From: an uncultured Lachnospiraceae bacterium
Lineage (GTDB): Bacteria; Bacillota; Clostridia; Lachnospirales; Lachnospiraceae
DNA length: 64,000 nt
Assembly (NCBI GenBank): GCA_946629175.1
Contig: CAMOXN010000001.1
Coordinates: 2,192 to 66,191, forward strand
Direction: 5' to 3'
Position 1 is the first letter of the stretch, and the number at the start of each line of letters is the position of its first letter. The position numbers and the translations under genes were made by a program. This document shows positions 37,760 through 46,749 of the stretch, one piece after another. The notes below the pieces were generated by a model. It had not been told where the DNA came from. It worked only from the letters and a program-made list of their open reading frames with translations, and did no database searches.

Positions 37760-38218
37760 ATGGGCGAGATCGCAGCACAGATCATCGGAAACAGGATCAT
37801 ACAGACGGGCGCTGTGGCCTGGGTCACTTCGCAGGTGATAAAGACGATCCTTCACCTGATCGTCAACAAGAAGATCGTATGGGAGCGCCTTGTCGGAGAC
37901 GGAGGCATGCCCAGCAGCCATTCCGCAACAGTCACATCCGTTGCGATCGCGACGGGATTCACGGCCGGATGGGATTCTGCGGTCTTCGCGGTCGCGGTGT
38001 TCCTCGCCATTATCGTTATGCACGATGCGAGGGGAGTGCGCAGGGAGACCGGCAAACAGGCCGTCGTCATCAATGACATGCTCGCCTTTTTTGAACAGAT
38101 GGGAGCAGGCACGCTCACACCGGAACAGACGCTCAAGGAATTTGTAGGGCACACGCCGCTGCAGGTCGCGGCCGGGGCGATCCTCGGGTTCATCATCGCG
38201 GTCGTCATGAATCTCTGA
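37760..38218 (+). CDS. Divergent PAP2-family membrane protein (DUF212/YuiD)
   Basis: GGMPSSHSA, DARGVRRETGKQA, KEFVGHTPLQV. Confidence 0.9.
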   Translation: MGEIAAQIIGNRIIQTGAVAWVTSQVIKTILHLIVNKKIVWERLVGDGGMPSSHSATVTSVAIATGFTAGWDSAVFAVAVFLAIIVMHDARGVRRETGKQAVVINDMLAFFEQMGAGTLTPEQTLKEFVGHTPLQVAAGAILGFIIAVVMNL

Positions 38219-38359
38219 GCGGCCCGGCTGTTCTTGGGGGAGGGTTCTGCCGGGACGCACCGGCTGAAGACTTCGGAACAGGCAAAATACAGAATGAAAG
38301 GAAGCGCGGTATCATGCCGCTGGTCTCAAATATACGTAACAGGAAGGACGAAACGAAAG

Positions 38360-39241
38360 ATGATACAGGATATTGCTCCCCGCAAGATGTACAACCAGTT
38401 CAGGCCGGGCATGGTCCCGGACGCTGACAGCCCTGTCTTTTTGTTTGCGGATGACAAGATGAAGTTTTTTATGGCGCATGTGTCAGAGGGACGCATGCGC
38501 TATCCAGTGTTCGGGGAACTGCCGGATGGGATCAGCTACACGTATCTCTTCTCCATCGACGACGACAAGTATTTTATGGGTACCCCGGACGACCCGGAGA
38601 CGTTTCAGTATCCGGAGGGGCTCACGAAGCTTGGGATCAGGGAGCTCAGGTCCGAATATTACCGCGGCGAAGAGAACAGGCACCTGATCTTTGCCGCTTA
38701 TACAGCCGGCCAGCTCGCGGGATGGTACAGGGACAACCGCTACTGCGGGACCTGCGCGCACATGACTGTCCCCTCACAAACGGAGAGGGCGCTCGTCTGC
38801 CCGAACTGCGGCAGGATCATCTACCCGAGGATCCTGCCTGCGGTCATCATCGCAGTGACGGACAAAGACCGCATGATCATGACCAAATATGCCGGAAGGT
38901 CGCTGCCTTTTTATGCCTTGGTCGCGGGTTTCAATGAGATCGGAGAGAGCCTGGAGGAGACCGTAAAGCGTGAAGTCATGGAGGAAGTAGGGCTTAAGGT
39001 CAAGAACATCCGCTACTATAAATCCCAACCGTGGGGGATCGTCGACGATATCCTTACCGGTTATTACTGCGATGTGGACGGCAGCACCGAGATCAAAATG
39101 GACAGGACCGAGCTCAAGGAAGCGGTATGGATGGAGAGAAAGGAGATCATGGGACAGCCCCATGACCTCAGCCTTACCAACGAGATGATGATCACTTTCC
39201 GCGACGGGAAGGAACCGCTTGGATACAGATACGCGGAGTAA
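38360..39241 (+). CDS. nudC: NAD(+) diphosphatase (Nudix)
   Basis: Zinc finger CGTC...CPNC, YPRI, Nudix box AGFNEIGESLEETVKREVMEEVG, SQPW motif; ATG at 38360. Confidence 0.9.
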   Translation: MIQDIAPRKMYNQFRPGMVPDADSPVFLFADDKMKFFMAHVSEGRMRYPVFGELPDGISYTYLFSIDDDKYFMGTPDDPETFQYPEGLTKLGIRELRSEYYRGEENRHLIFAAYTAGQLAGWYRDNRYCGTCAHMTVPSQTERALVCPNCGRIIYPRILPAVIIAVTDKDRMIMTKYAGRSLPFYALVAGFNEIGESLEETVKREVMEEVGLKVKNIRYYKSQPWGIVDDILTGYYCDVDGSTEIKMDRTELKEAVWMERKEIMGQPHDLSLTNEMMITFRDGKEPLGYRYAE

Positions 39242-39247
39242 CGCGCT

Positions 39248-40747
39248 ATGAAAGCTATGAACCTGTACCTCGTCTCGAGAGCTGCGGGCAGCTCTGATTT
39301 CTCGCTTCTTGTCAGAGAACTGACGGGGGAAATACATTACAAGGAATACAGCAGGCACGAAGCGGAGTCTCTCCGCGCGCTGACGGACGGGCTGACCCCG
39401 CATCTGATGGACAGATGCAGGGATGGCGGCAGCTGGGCCTCATTTCTGGACGGATTCTATTTCTCCTATACCATCGCGCACATAAGCAAGGAATTCGACC
39501 TGCTCAAGATCACCGGCGACGGTGACTGCGTCCTGAACATTGAGCTCAAGAGTGAATCCATAGAAGAAGAGAGGATCAGTAAACAGCTGGCGCAGAACCG
39601 GTACTATCTCTCCCATATCTCCAAGACGATCTATTCGTACACTTATGTGATGGAGACCGGCACGCTCTATGTCCTGAATGACAAGGGCCATATGAGGGTC
39701 TCTTCCATGGCGGAACTGGCGGAGGTACTGTGCAAGCCGGTATTTGCCGAGTATGTCGAAAAAGATCTCGATCTCTATTTCAGGGCGGCCGATTACCTGA
39801 TCTCCCCTGCGGCGGAGCCTGAAAAATTCCTGCAGGGAGGCTATTTTCTGACCAACCAGCAGGAGGAGTTCAAGAGAAAGATCCTGGAGACGCTCAAAGA
39901 AGATACGCCCGACAGCCCGGCTCCTTTCATCGTTGTCATAGGCGCCGCGGGAACGGGCAAGACCCTTCTTCTCTTTGATCTTGCCATGGCGCTCTCGAAA
40001 AGAAAGAGGGTGCTCCTTCTTCACGGGGGCAGGCTCCAGAGCGGGCACAGGATCATTGACGAGCGGCTGCGCAATGTTGACCTGAGAGAGGCGGACTGTT
40101 TTGACGATACGGCAGATTACACCTGCCTTCTCGCGGACGAGGCCAACAGGATCCCTGCGGATATCATGGACCGCGTCGTTTCCTATGTGCGGGGCCACAA
40201 TGTTCCGTGCATCATGACCTATGACCCGCACCTTCTGGCAGGGCGGGAGACGACAATGATGCAGGCGGAAGAGAGGATCACGGACCTGAGCACACAGACG
40301 CTGGAGTTCACGGGAAATATCAGGATCAACCGGCCGGTCTTCTCATTTTTGAAAGCGCTTTTTCATCAGAAGAACCTTCCGTCCGCGGTGGATTACAGCT
40401 GCATCGACGTGCTTTACGGCAGGATGCGTGAAGAAGTGCAGGCGATCCTGTTGTATTACATGAACAAAGGATACCGGAAGATCACGCTTCCCGGAGGCGG
40501 AGGCGAGATCGGCGAAGGGCTGGGCGCGGACGAGATCGTCGGGCTTGAGTTCGACTGCGTCCTGGTTATCGTTGACGACAGATTCTATTATGACGAAGAT
40601 ATGCATCTGAGGGCTGACGGACCGGCTTCCGGGGAGGCATTAAACCTTCTCTACGAAGGCATTTCCAGGACGAGGGAGAAGCTTTGCGTTCTTGTGTATC
40701 ACAATGAGAAGCTGTTCTCGGATATACTAAGACTTCGTGAGCGGTAA
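39248..40747 (+). CDS. Putative PD-(D/E)xK nuclease + SF1-like P-loop helicase (DUF2075/Schlafen-group-like)
   Basis: EFDLL...IELKS; GAAGTGKT; LADEANR; GLEFDCV; GISRTREKL. Confidence 0.75.
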   Translation: MKAMNLYLVSRAAGSSDFSLLVRELTGEIHYKEYSRHEAESLRALTDGLTPHLMDRCRDGGSWASFLDGFYFSYTIAHISKEFDLLKITGDGDCVLNIELKSESIEEERISKQLAQNRYYLSHISKTIYSYTYVMETGTLYVLNDKGHMRVSSMAELAEVLCKPVFAEYVEKDLDLYFRAADYLISPAAEPEKFLQGGYFLTNQQEEFKRKILETLKEDTPDSPAPFIVVIGAAGTGKTLLLFDLAMALSKRKRVLLLHGGRLQSGHRIIDERLRNVDLREADCFDDTADYTCLLADEANRIPADIMDRVVSYVRGHNVPCIMTYDPHLLAGRETTMMQAEERITDLSTQTLEFTGNIRINRPVFSFLKALFHQKNLPSAVDYSCIDVLYGRMREEVQAILLYYMNKGYRKITLPGGGGEIGEGLGADEIVGLEFDCVLVIVDDRFYYDEDMHLRADGPASGEALNLLYEGISRTREKLCVLVYHNEKLFSDILRLRER

Positions 40748-40822
40748 GCAGAATAGCCTGAGACAGGTCACAGGACTCCGTCCGCGGAGACTCACGGTTT
40801 ATTCAGGCATAAAGGGATTTTT

Positions 40823-42739
40823 ATGGATCGATCTGACACAAAAATGCGGAGATTTGACAGCCCCGCTTTCCTGATCATTTACTTTCTCCGGGGAAGCGCA
40901 GGGCTTTTTCTGCTCAGCATGGTCTTTGCCTCGGCAGTCTCTTTTCTGGACATGGTCCTGCCGAGGATCATCAGTTTTACAGTAGACAGTGTGATCGCTG
41001 ACAAGGCGCCGGATCTTCCGGCGTCAGTTTTGGCGTGCCTTGAAAGGATCGGAGGTGTTCCGCGCCTGCGCGAGGCGCCGGTGCTGATCGCCGTGATCGT
41101 GATCGCCGTGGCGCTGGCAGCGGCAGTCTGCCGTTTCCTGTTCCGGTGCCTCAACGAAATGGCGGCCCAGCGCTTCGTTAAGCGCATGCGTGACAATCTC
41201 TACGGCAAAATACAGCGTCTCCCCTACGCCTGGCACGGAGCGAACAGCACAGGAGACATCATCCAGAGATGCACCTCGGACGTAGAGACGATCAAGGTGT
41301 TCGTATCGGAACAGCTTACATCCCTGGTCAGGGTCATCGTGCTGATCGCTCTTGCAGTGCGCTTTATGGCGGGGATCGACGGAACGATGACGGCGGCAGC
41401 TTCGCTTTTCATACCTGTCGTCATAGGTTATTCCCTGTTCTTCTACGCGAAGATCGGAGACGCTTTTGAGAAGGCGGATTCGGAAGAGGGGCGGCTCTCC
41501 GCCATCGCGCAGGAGAACCTGACAGGCGTCCGGGTCGTGCGCGCTTTCGGCAGAGAGCAGTATGAGAGGAAGAGATTTGAGAAGCAGAACGAATATTACA
41601 CCGGTTTCTGGATCCGGCTGATGCGGATCCTGTCCCTCAACTGGGTCACAGGCGACGTGATGACAGGCCTCCAGTACCTGCTGGTGAATGTCATGGGAGC
41701 AGTATTTTGCGTGAACGGCAGGATCACGGCGGGGCAGTTCATCGCTTTCGTTTCCTATAACAGCCTGCTGATCTGGCCGGTCCGAATGCTGGGACGCGTC
41801 ATCTCGGAGATGAGTAAGGCGGGGATCTCGCTCGACAGGCTCCGCTATATCATGAACGCGGAGGAGGAGAGAGAGCCGGAAGGCGCGCTGACGCCGCCCA
41901 TGGACAGGGACATCCGGTTCGAACATGTTTCCTTCAGCTATGACGCTGCGCAGGGAGGACCTAACGACGACGCGAATGACCGCGCTTCAGGCAGAGCAGA
42001 GGATGCCGCATTTCGGAATACGGACGGAGGCGCGCTCAATGACGTCTCCTTCACGATACCGGCGGGCTCGACAGTTGGTATTCTGGGCGGGACCGGCTCG
42101 GGCAAGTCGACGCTCATGTACCTACTGGAGAAACTGTATCCGCTCGGCGAGGGGCAGGGCCGGATCCTGATCGGGGATACGGACCTGTCGAAGATCAGCA
42201 ATTCCTACGTGCGTTCGCAGATCGGAATGGTCCTTCAGGAGCCCTATCTGTTCTCGCGCACAATTGAGGAGAATATCGCGATCTCTTCAAAGAGTTTCAG
42301 CAGGGAGGAAGTCCGAAGGGCTTCAGGGACGGCGGATCTCATCGACACGATCGACAGATTCCCGTCGGGGTTCGAGACATTTGTGGGGGAACGAGGCGTC
42401 ACGCTCTCCGGCGGGCAGAAACAGAGGACGGCCATCGCGCAGACACTGATCCGCAGGTGTCCCGTTATGATCTTCGACGACTCCCTGTCCGCTGTGGACG
42501 CGGAAACTGACGCAAGGATCAGGGCGTCGCTGAGGAAGGACACGGAAGGCGCTACGGTCATCCTGATCGCGCACCGGATCACGACGCTCATGCACGCGGA
42601 TCAGATCATCGTCATGGAGAAGGGAAGAGTGCGGGAGAAGGGGACGCACGAAGAGCTCCTCGCTGCCGGAGGGATCTACCGGAGGATCTATGACCTGCAG
42701 ATGGCGGGATGTGACACAGACGAAAGGCAACAGTTATGA
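40823..42739 (+). CDS. ABC exporter, permease/ATPase subunit 1
   Basis: TMD + NBD: GGTGSGKS, LSGGQKQR, FDDSLSAVD (degenerate site). Confidence 0.92.
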   Translation: MDRSDTKMRRFDSPAFLIIYFLRGSAGLFLLSMVFASAVSFLDMVLPRIISFTVDSVIADKAPDLPASVLACLERIGGVPRLREAPVLIAVIVIAVALAAAVCRFLFRCLNEMAAQRFVKRMRDNLYGKIQRLPYAWHGANSTGDIIQRCTSDVETIKVFVSEQLTSLVRVIVLIALAVRFMAGIDGTMTAAASLFIPVVIGYSLFFYAKIGDAFEKADSEEGRLSAIAQENLTGVRVVRAFGREQYERKRFEKQNEYYTGFWIRLMRILSLNWVTGDVMTGLQYLLVNVMGAVFCVNGRITAGQFIAFVSYNSLLIWPVRMLGRVISEMSKAGISLDRLRYIMNAEEEREPEGALTPPMDRDIRFEHVSFSYDAAQGGPNDDANDRASGRAEDAAFRNTDGGALNDVSFTIPAGSTVGILGGTGSGKSTLMYLLEKLYPLGEGQGRILIGDTDLSKISNSYVRSQIGMVLQEPYLFSRTIEENIAISSKSFSREEVRRASGTADLIDTIDRFPSGFETFVGERGVTLSGGQKQRTAIAQTLIRRCPVMIFDDSLSAVDAETDARIRASLRKDTEGATVILIAHRITTLMHADQIIVMEKGRVREKGTHEELLAAGGIYRRIYDLQMAGCDTDERQQL

Positions 42740-44538
42740 ATAGCAATACGGAATCGGTATCCCTGCCCCTGTTCGGCATTCCGAGACTGATCCCATATCT
42801 GAGACCATACAGAAAAAGAATGACGCGGATGATCCTTCTGGCGCTCGTCTGCAGCGTTGTGGATGTCTCATATCCGCTTTTCGGCCGCTACGTGCTGGAC
42901 CACTACATTGCGGAAGGGACCCTGCAGGGCCTGCCTGGGTTCATCGCGCTGTATCTGGCTGTGCTGGCTTTCCAATCCGTCATCAACGACCGGACGATGG
43001 TCGACTCGGGAACGGTGGAGATGAGCGTCGACAGGGATCTGCGCAACAGGGCCTTCGGCCACCTGCAGACGCTGTCTTTTTCCTATTTCAACCAGAACAG
43101 CGTGGGCTATATCCACGCGAGGGTGATGAGCGACACGGGAAAGATCGGAGAGGCTGTCTCCTGGAGAATGATGGACTGTATCTGGAACGGCTCTTACATC
43201 CTCTTCGCGATCGTCGTGATGTTCATGACGGATGTGCGGCTGGCACTGTGGATGATCGCTCTTCTCATGGCTGCCGGGCTCCTGATCTCTGTCTTCCAGA
43301 GAAAGCTCGTCGCCGTGAACCGGCTGATCCGCGAGATGAACTCGAAGATCACCGGGGATTTCAACGAGGGGATCACCGGCGCGCAGTCGATCAAGCTCCT
43401 GGGCATTGAGCAGAAGATGCTTGAGGAGTTCGAGGAAGACACGGAGTCCTACCGCCGCGAATCCGTACACGCAGTGCGGTATTCCGCAATGCTGCTGTCC
43501 ACGGTGACCCTGATGTCATCTGCCGCGCTGGCTGTCGTTCTGTGGCAGGGAGGGAGCCTTACGCGGGAAGGCATCATGAAGATCGGAACGCTCTCGGTCT
43601 TTGTCTCCTATGCGGTAGGCATGGTGGAACCGCTCCAGTTCATCATCCAGAACATCTCGTCCTTTATCAGCATCCAGGTCAACATCGAACGGCTGACCGG
43701 CCTTCTCGCGGAGCCGCCGGATGTATCGGACACGTCGGAAGTGACCGCCCGCTACGGGGACAGCTTCCATCCCAGACGTGAGAACTGGGAGGAACTTCGC
43801 GGCGACATCGAGTTCAGGGATGTGACCTTCCGCTACCCGGACGGAGAGGAGAACGTCCTGGAGCATTTCAGCCTCAAAGTCCCGCAGGGCCAAAATATTG
43901 CCATCGTCGGCGAGACCGGCGCCGGCAAGTCCACACTGGTCAACCTGCTGTGCCGCTTCTATGAGCCAACGGAAGGGCAGCTCCTCATCGACGGACGGGA
44001 CGCGAGGGAGAGATCCCAGCTGTGGCTGCACAGCCATATCGGATATGTGCTGCAGACGCCGCACCTGTTCTCCGGCTCCGTGAGGGAGAACCTGCGATAC
44101 GGGAGACCCGACGCGACGGATGAGGAGATCATGGAAGCGCTGGAGATGGTCTCCGCGCGCGGGATCGTTGAAAAAATGGGAGGGCTTGACAGCGAAGTGG
44201 GAGAAGGGGGCAGCCATCTGTCGACAGGAGAGAAACAGCTTCTGTCTTTTGCCAGGGCATTGCTGGCAGACCCCAGGCTCCTGGTCCTGGACGAGGCGAC
44301 CTCTTCGATCGATTCGCTCACGGAAAAGGAGATCCAGGATGCCATTTCGGTCGTAACGAAAGGCAGGACCTCCTTCGTGATCGCGCACCGGCTCTCGACG
44401 ATCGCCGGCGCGGATATGATCCTTGCAGTGCAGGATGGAAAGATCATAGAGATGGGAAAGCACCCGGAACTGATGAGGAAGAGAGGATATTATTATTCCC
44501 TGTACACAAGACAGTTCGAGGAGAGCATATTGGAGTGA
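42736..44538 (+). CDS. ABC exporter, permease/ATPase subunit 2
   Basis: TMD + NBD: GETGAGKS, LSTGEKQ, LDEATSSID; ATGA overlap with subunit 1 suggests a heterodimer. Confidence 0.92.
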   Translation: MNSNTESVSLPLFGIPRLIPYLRPYRKRMTRMILLALVCSVVDVSYPLFGRYVLDHYIAEGTLQGLPGFIALYLAVLAFQSVINDRTMVDSGTVEMSVDRDLRNRAFGHLQTLSFSYFNQNSVGYIHARVMSDTGKIGEAVSWRMMDCIWNGSYILFAIVVMFMTDVRLALWMIALLMAAGLLISVFQRKLVAVNRLIREMNSKITGDFNEGITGAQSIKLLGIEQKMLEEFEEDTESYRRESVHAVRYSAMLLSTVTLMSSAALAVVLWQGGSLTREGIMKIGTLSVFVSYAVGMVEPLQFIIQNISSFISIQVNIERLTGLLAEPPDVSDTSEVTARYGDSFHPRRENWEELRGDIEFRDVTFRYPDGEENVLEHFSLKVPQGQNIAIVGETGAGKSTLVNLLCRFYEPTEGQLLIDGRDARERSQLWLHSHIGYVLQTPHLFSGSVRENLRYGRPDATDEEIMEALEMVSARGIVEKMGGLDSEVGEGGSHLSTGEKQLLSFARALLADPRLLVLDEATSSIDSLTEKEIQDAISVVTKGRTSFVIAHRLSTIAGADMILAVQDGKIIEMGKHPELMRKRGYYYSLYTRQFEESILE

Positions 44539-44583
44539 ACCCGGGAAGACGGCCCTTCAGGACCCGGGAGCGGACCCGCCGGT

Positions 44584-45090
44584 TCACTCCCCCATATGCA
44601 TGGGGAAGATGCCCTTGAAAGGGAGAAGGGCTGACAGCAGGATCTGCCCGAGCACCAGGCAGGAGAGCACTTCCCCTATACCGACAGTAGCCATAAAATA
44701 GGGGATGCCGCCGGGAATATGATACGCATAGGTCAGTATGAAAGGAATGATCAGCATGTTGGAGACAATGGGAGGAAGGGAGACCAGGAACCGGTTCCTG
44801 CGCAGATGATAGGATCCGAACGCGCCGATCAAGGTCGCCAGGGATCCGAAAATGATGTCCGGCAGCGCGCATCCGGTCACAAGATTGCTGATCAGGCATC
44901 CCAAAGTGAGGCCCGGGACTGCCGCGGGAGTAAAGAAGGGAAGGATCGTGAGCGCTTCGGAAAAGCGCACCTGGATCGCGCCACTCGCAAGATCGAACCC
45001 GGCAGCGATCATCGTAAGCACGGTGTAGATCGCCGCAATGACACCGGCCTGCGCGATAAAGAACGTTTTCTGTACGTATTTGGAATTCAT
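44584..45090 (-). CDS. queT: QueT-family (queuosine precursor) membrane transporter component
   Basis: AGVIAAIYTVLT...QVRFSEALTILP...GLTLGCLISN...DIIFGSLATL; ATG at 45090 after AGAAAGG. Confidence 0.85.
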   Translation of the reverse strand: MNSKYVQKTFFIAQAGVIAAIYTVLTMIAAGFDLASGAIQVRFSEALTILPFFTPAAVPGLTLGCLISNLVTGCALPDIIFGSLATLIGAFGSYHLRRNRFLVSLPPIVSNMLIIPFILTYAYHIPGGIPYFMATVGIGEVLSCLVLGQILLSALLPFKGIFPMHMGE

Positions 45091-45167
45091 GTGCATTGCC
45101 TTTCTGCAGTAAATACGCCGATGCGGCCGGGTATATATCCTGCCTTTCAGATGTCGTGAATTTCTGC

Positions 45168-46733
45168 TCACATGTTCCCGCTGCCGTATTCGCCCAGCAG
45201 CAGCCATGCGTCGTCATCTTTTTCCTGCTCACTGAGAGCAAGTTCCTCATAGGGAAGAAGAAGATTGTGCCTGCGGAGCGGGTTGTCCCGCACTTCGCTG
45301 TACCGCCAGTTATAGATGGTGTGAAAGCGCATCCAGCGCATATGTTCAATGGCGCGGTAAAGGTCATGTTTTTTCGCCGCGGTCTCCTTATATACTTCGA
45401 AGGCCCTGCGGCTGTCCTCCTGCGTCAGTCTCCCGCGGATGGCCCGGCCAAGGAGGATCGACGCTTTGACCGACAGATGGTCCGCGGACGCGATGCTTGA
45501 CTGGCGGTGGAACTCGGAGAGCTCCTCCCATTTTTTACCGCCGTATCTGGAGCGGTAAAGCTCATTGACCCTGATGCCCAGGGAGACGAGTGTGTTGCTC
45601 ATGACCGTTTCCGGTTCGTAGAGCTCTTCGTCGCTGCCGAAGACGATCATTCCCGGCTCCTCCACCATCCGGGAGAGGCGGACGAAGACTTTCCCGCGGA
45701 GGGGATAATAGGTCCTGAGAGCCCAGTATAATTCCAGGTCTTCGTCGTCTGAATCAGTGCAGAGAATAATGCGGTCAGCCCCTTCGAGCAGGTCCGGGCA
45801 GTTCTCCCACGGCTCCTGATGGAACCGCAGCGAATCTCCGGCGGCCCCTTCGCCGTCGACACTCATGATCTCTTTCAGGCGGCTGTGGAGGCCCTTGAAA
45901 TGCGCAAAGTCACCGAACACGTGATAGGAGATGCTCTGGTCCGGCGAGAAAACATTGTTGAGGAGCCCTTTCTCCAGGAGCGGCTCCCCGTAACGCTTTC
46001 CGCCGATGATGACCAACTCTTTTTCCTGCGGCTCCAGCGGGTGGTCCAGCCAGAACATCCTGCCGGCGGCATCGCTGTCTGAGAAGAGCGTGACACCTTC
46101 CGGCCGCTCGTCCGGGCGGGCGCCGCTCCTTGCATAGACTTTACAGCCTGAAGCCGCGGCGCTCTTCGCGCTCAGATAATTGTCCCAGCCGTCCTCACCA
46201 AGAAGGAAAAGGCAGATCCCGTCTCTGTGACCGGGCCTCTCTGAAAGGCATTCTTTATAATCCATAGGGACATACAGGATCTGATGCTTTCCTTTTTGAC
46301 TGAACTGCTGATCTATGGAGGCATCGGATCCGCACAGGATGATTACTGCGTCGGAATCCTCTTCGGACAGTCTGTCCGCCAAAAGACTGCTGCGGGGACC
46401 GTCATCCGAGAAGAGATACCATCGTTTCCTGCGGAGGATACGAAGGCGGAGGCCCGGCAGGAAATTCCCGTTGATAAAAGACACTGCAAGGCCGATGATC
46501 CAGGACAAAAGACCGACGCTCCCGATCAGGAAGAACGCGCCGATCAGCCTGCCGGGCAGCGACTGGGGCACAAGGTCTCCGTACCCGACCGTGGTCAGTG
46601 TGACGACCAGATACCAGAGCGCTTCCTGAGGGGAACTGATCCCTTCTTCGACATTCTGGAGGATGAATGCGGATATCATGAGAACTGCCAGAAAGGCAAG
46701 AACTATGATCAGTCTCTTTTTTTCTCTCTTCAT
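45168..46733 (-). CDS. Potassium-channel pore domain fused to RCK-like domains and a C-terminal RyR-repeat-like domain
   Basis: TM-pore-TM with TLTTVGYGD (TTVGYGD at 46575-46595); Rossmann-like VIIGGKRYG...ILCTDSDDEDL; C-terminal WEELSEFHRQSS..ADH..VK...EHMRW...WRY...RD...HNLLLPYEEL..EQEKD. Confidence 0.8.
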   Translation of the reverse strand: MKREKKRLIIVLAFLAVLMISAFILQNVEEGISSPQEALWYLVVTLTTVGYGDLVPQSLPGRLIGAFFLIGSVGLLSWIIGLAVSFINGNFLPGLRLRILRRKRWYLFSDDGPRSSLLADRLSEEDSDAVIILCGSDASIDQQFSQKGKHQILYVPMDYKECLSERPGHRDGICLFLLGEDGWDNYLSAKSAAASGCKVYARSGARPDERPEGVTLFSDSDAAGRMFWLDHPLEPQEKELVIIGGKRYGEPLLEKGLLNNVFSPDQSISYHVFGDFAHFKGLHSRLKEIMSVDGEGAAGDSLRFHQEPWENCPDLLEGADRIILCTDSDDEDLELYWALRTYYPLRGKVFVRLSRMVEEPGMIVFGSDEELYEPETVMSNTLVSLGIRVNELYRSRYGGKKWEELSEFHRQSSIASADHLSVKASILLGRAIRGRLTQEDSRRAFEVYKETAAKKHDLYRAIEHMRWMRFHTIYNWRYSEVRDNPLRRHNLLLPYEELALSEQEKDDDAWLLLGEYGSGNM

Positions 46734-46749
46734 AATAGGTCCATCGCTT

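Noticed and set aside
45091-45167. preQ1 riboswitch upstream of queT
   Set aside because: I could not recognise a preQ1 aptamer consensus in the 77 bp gap; an Rfam scan would settle it.
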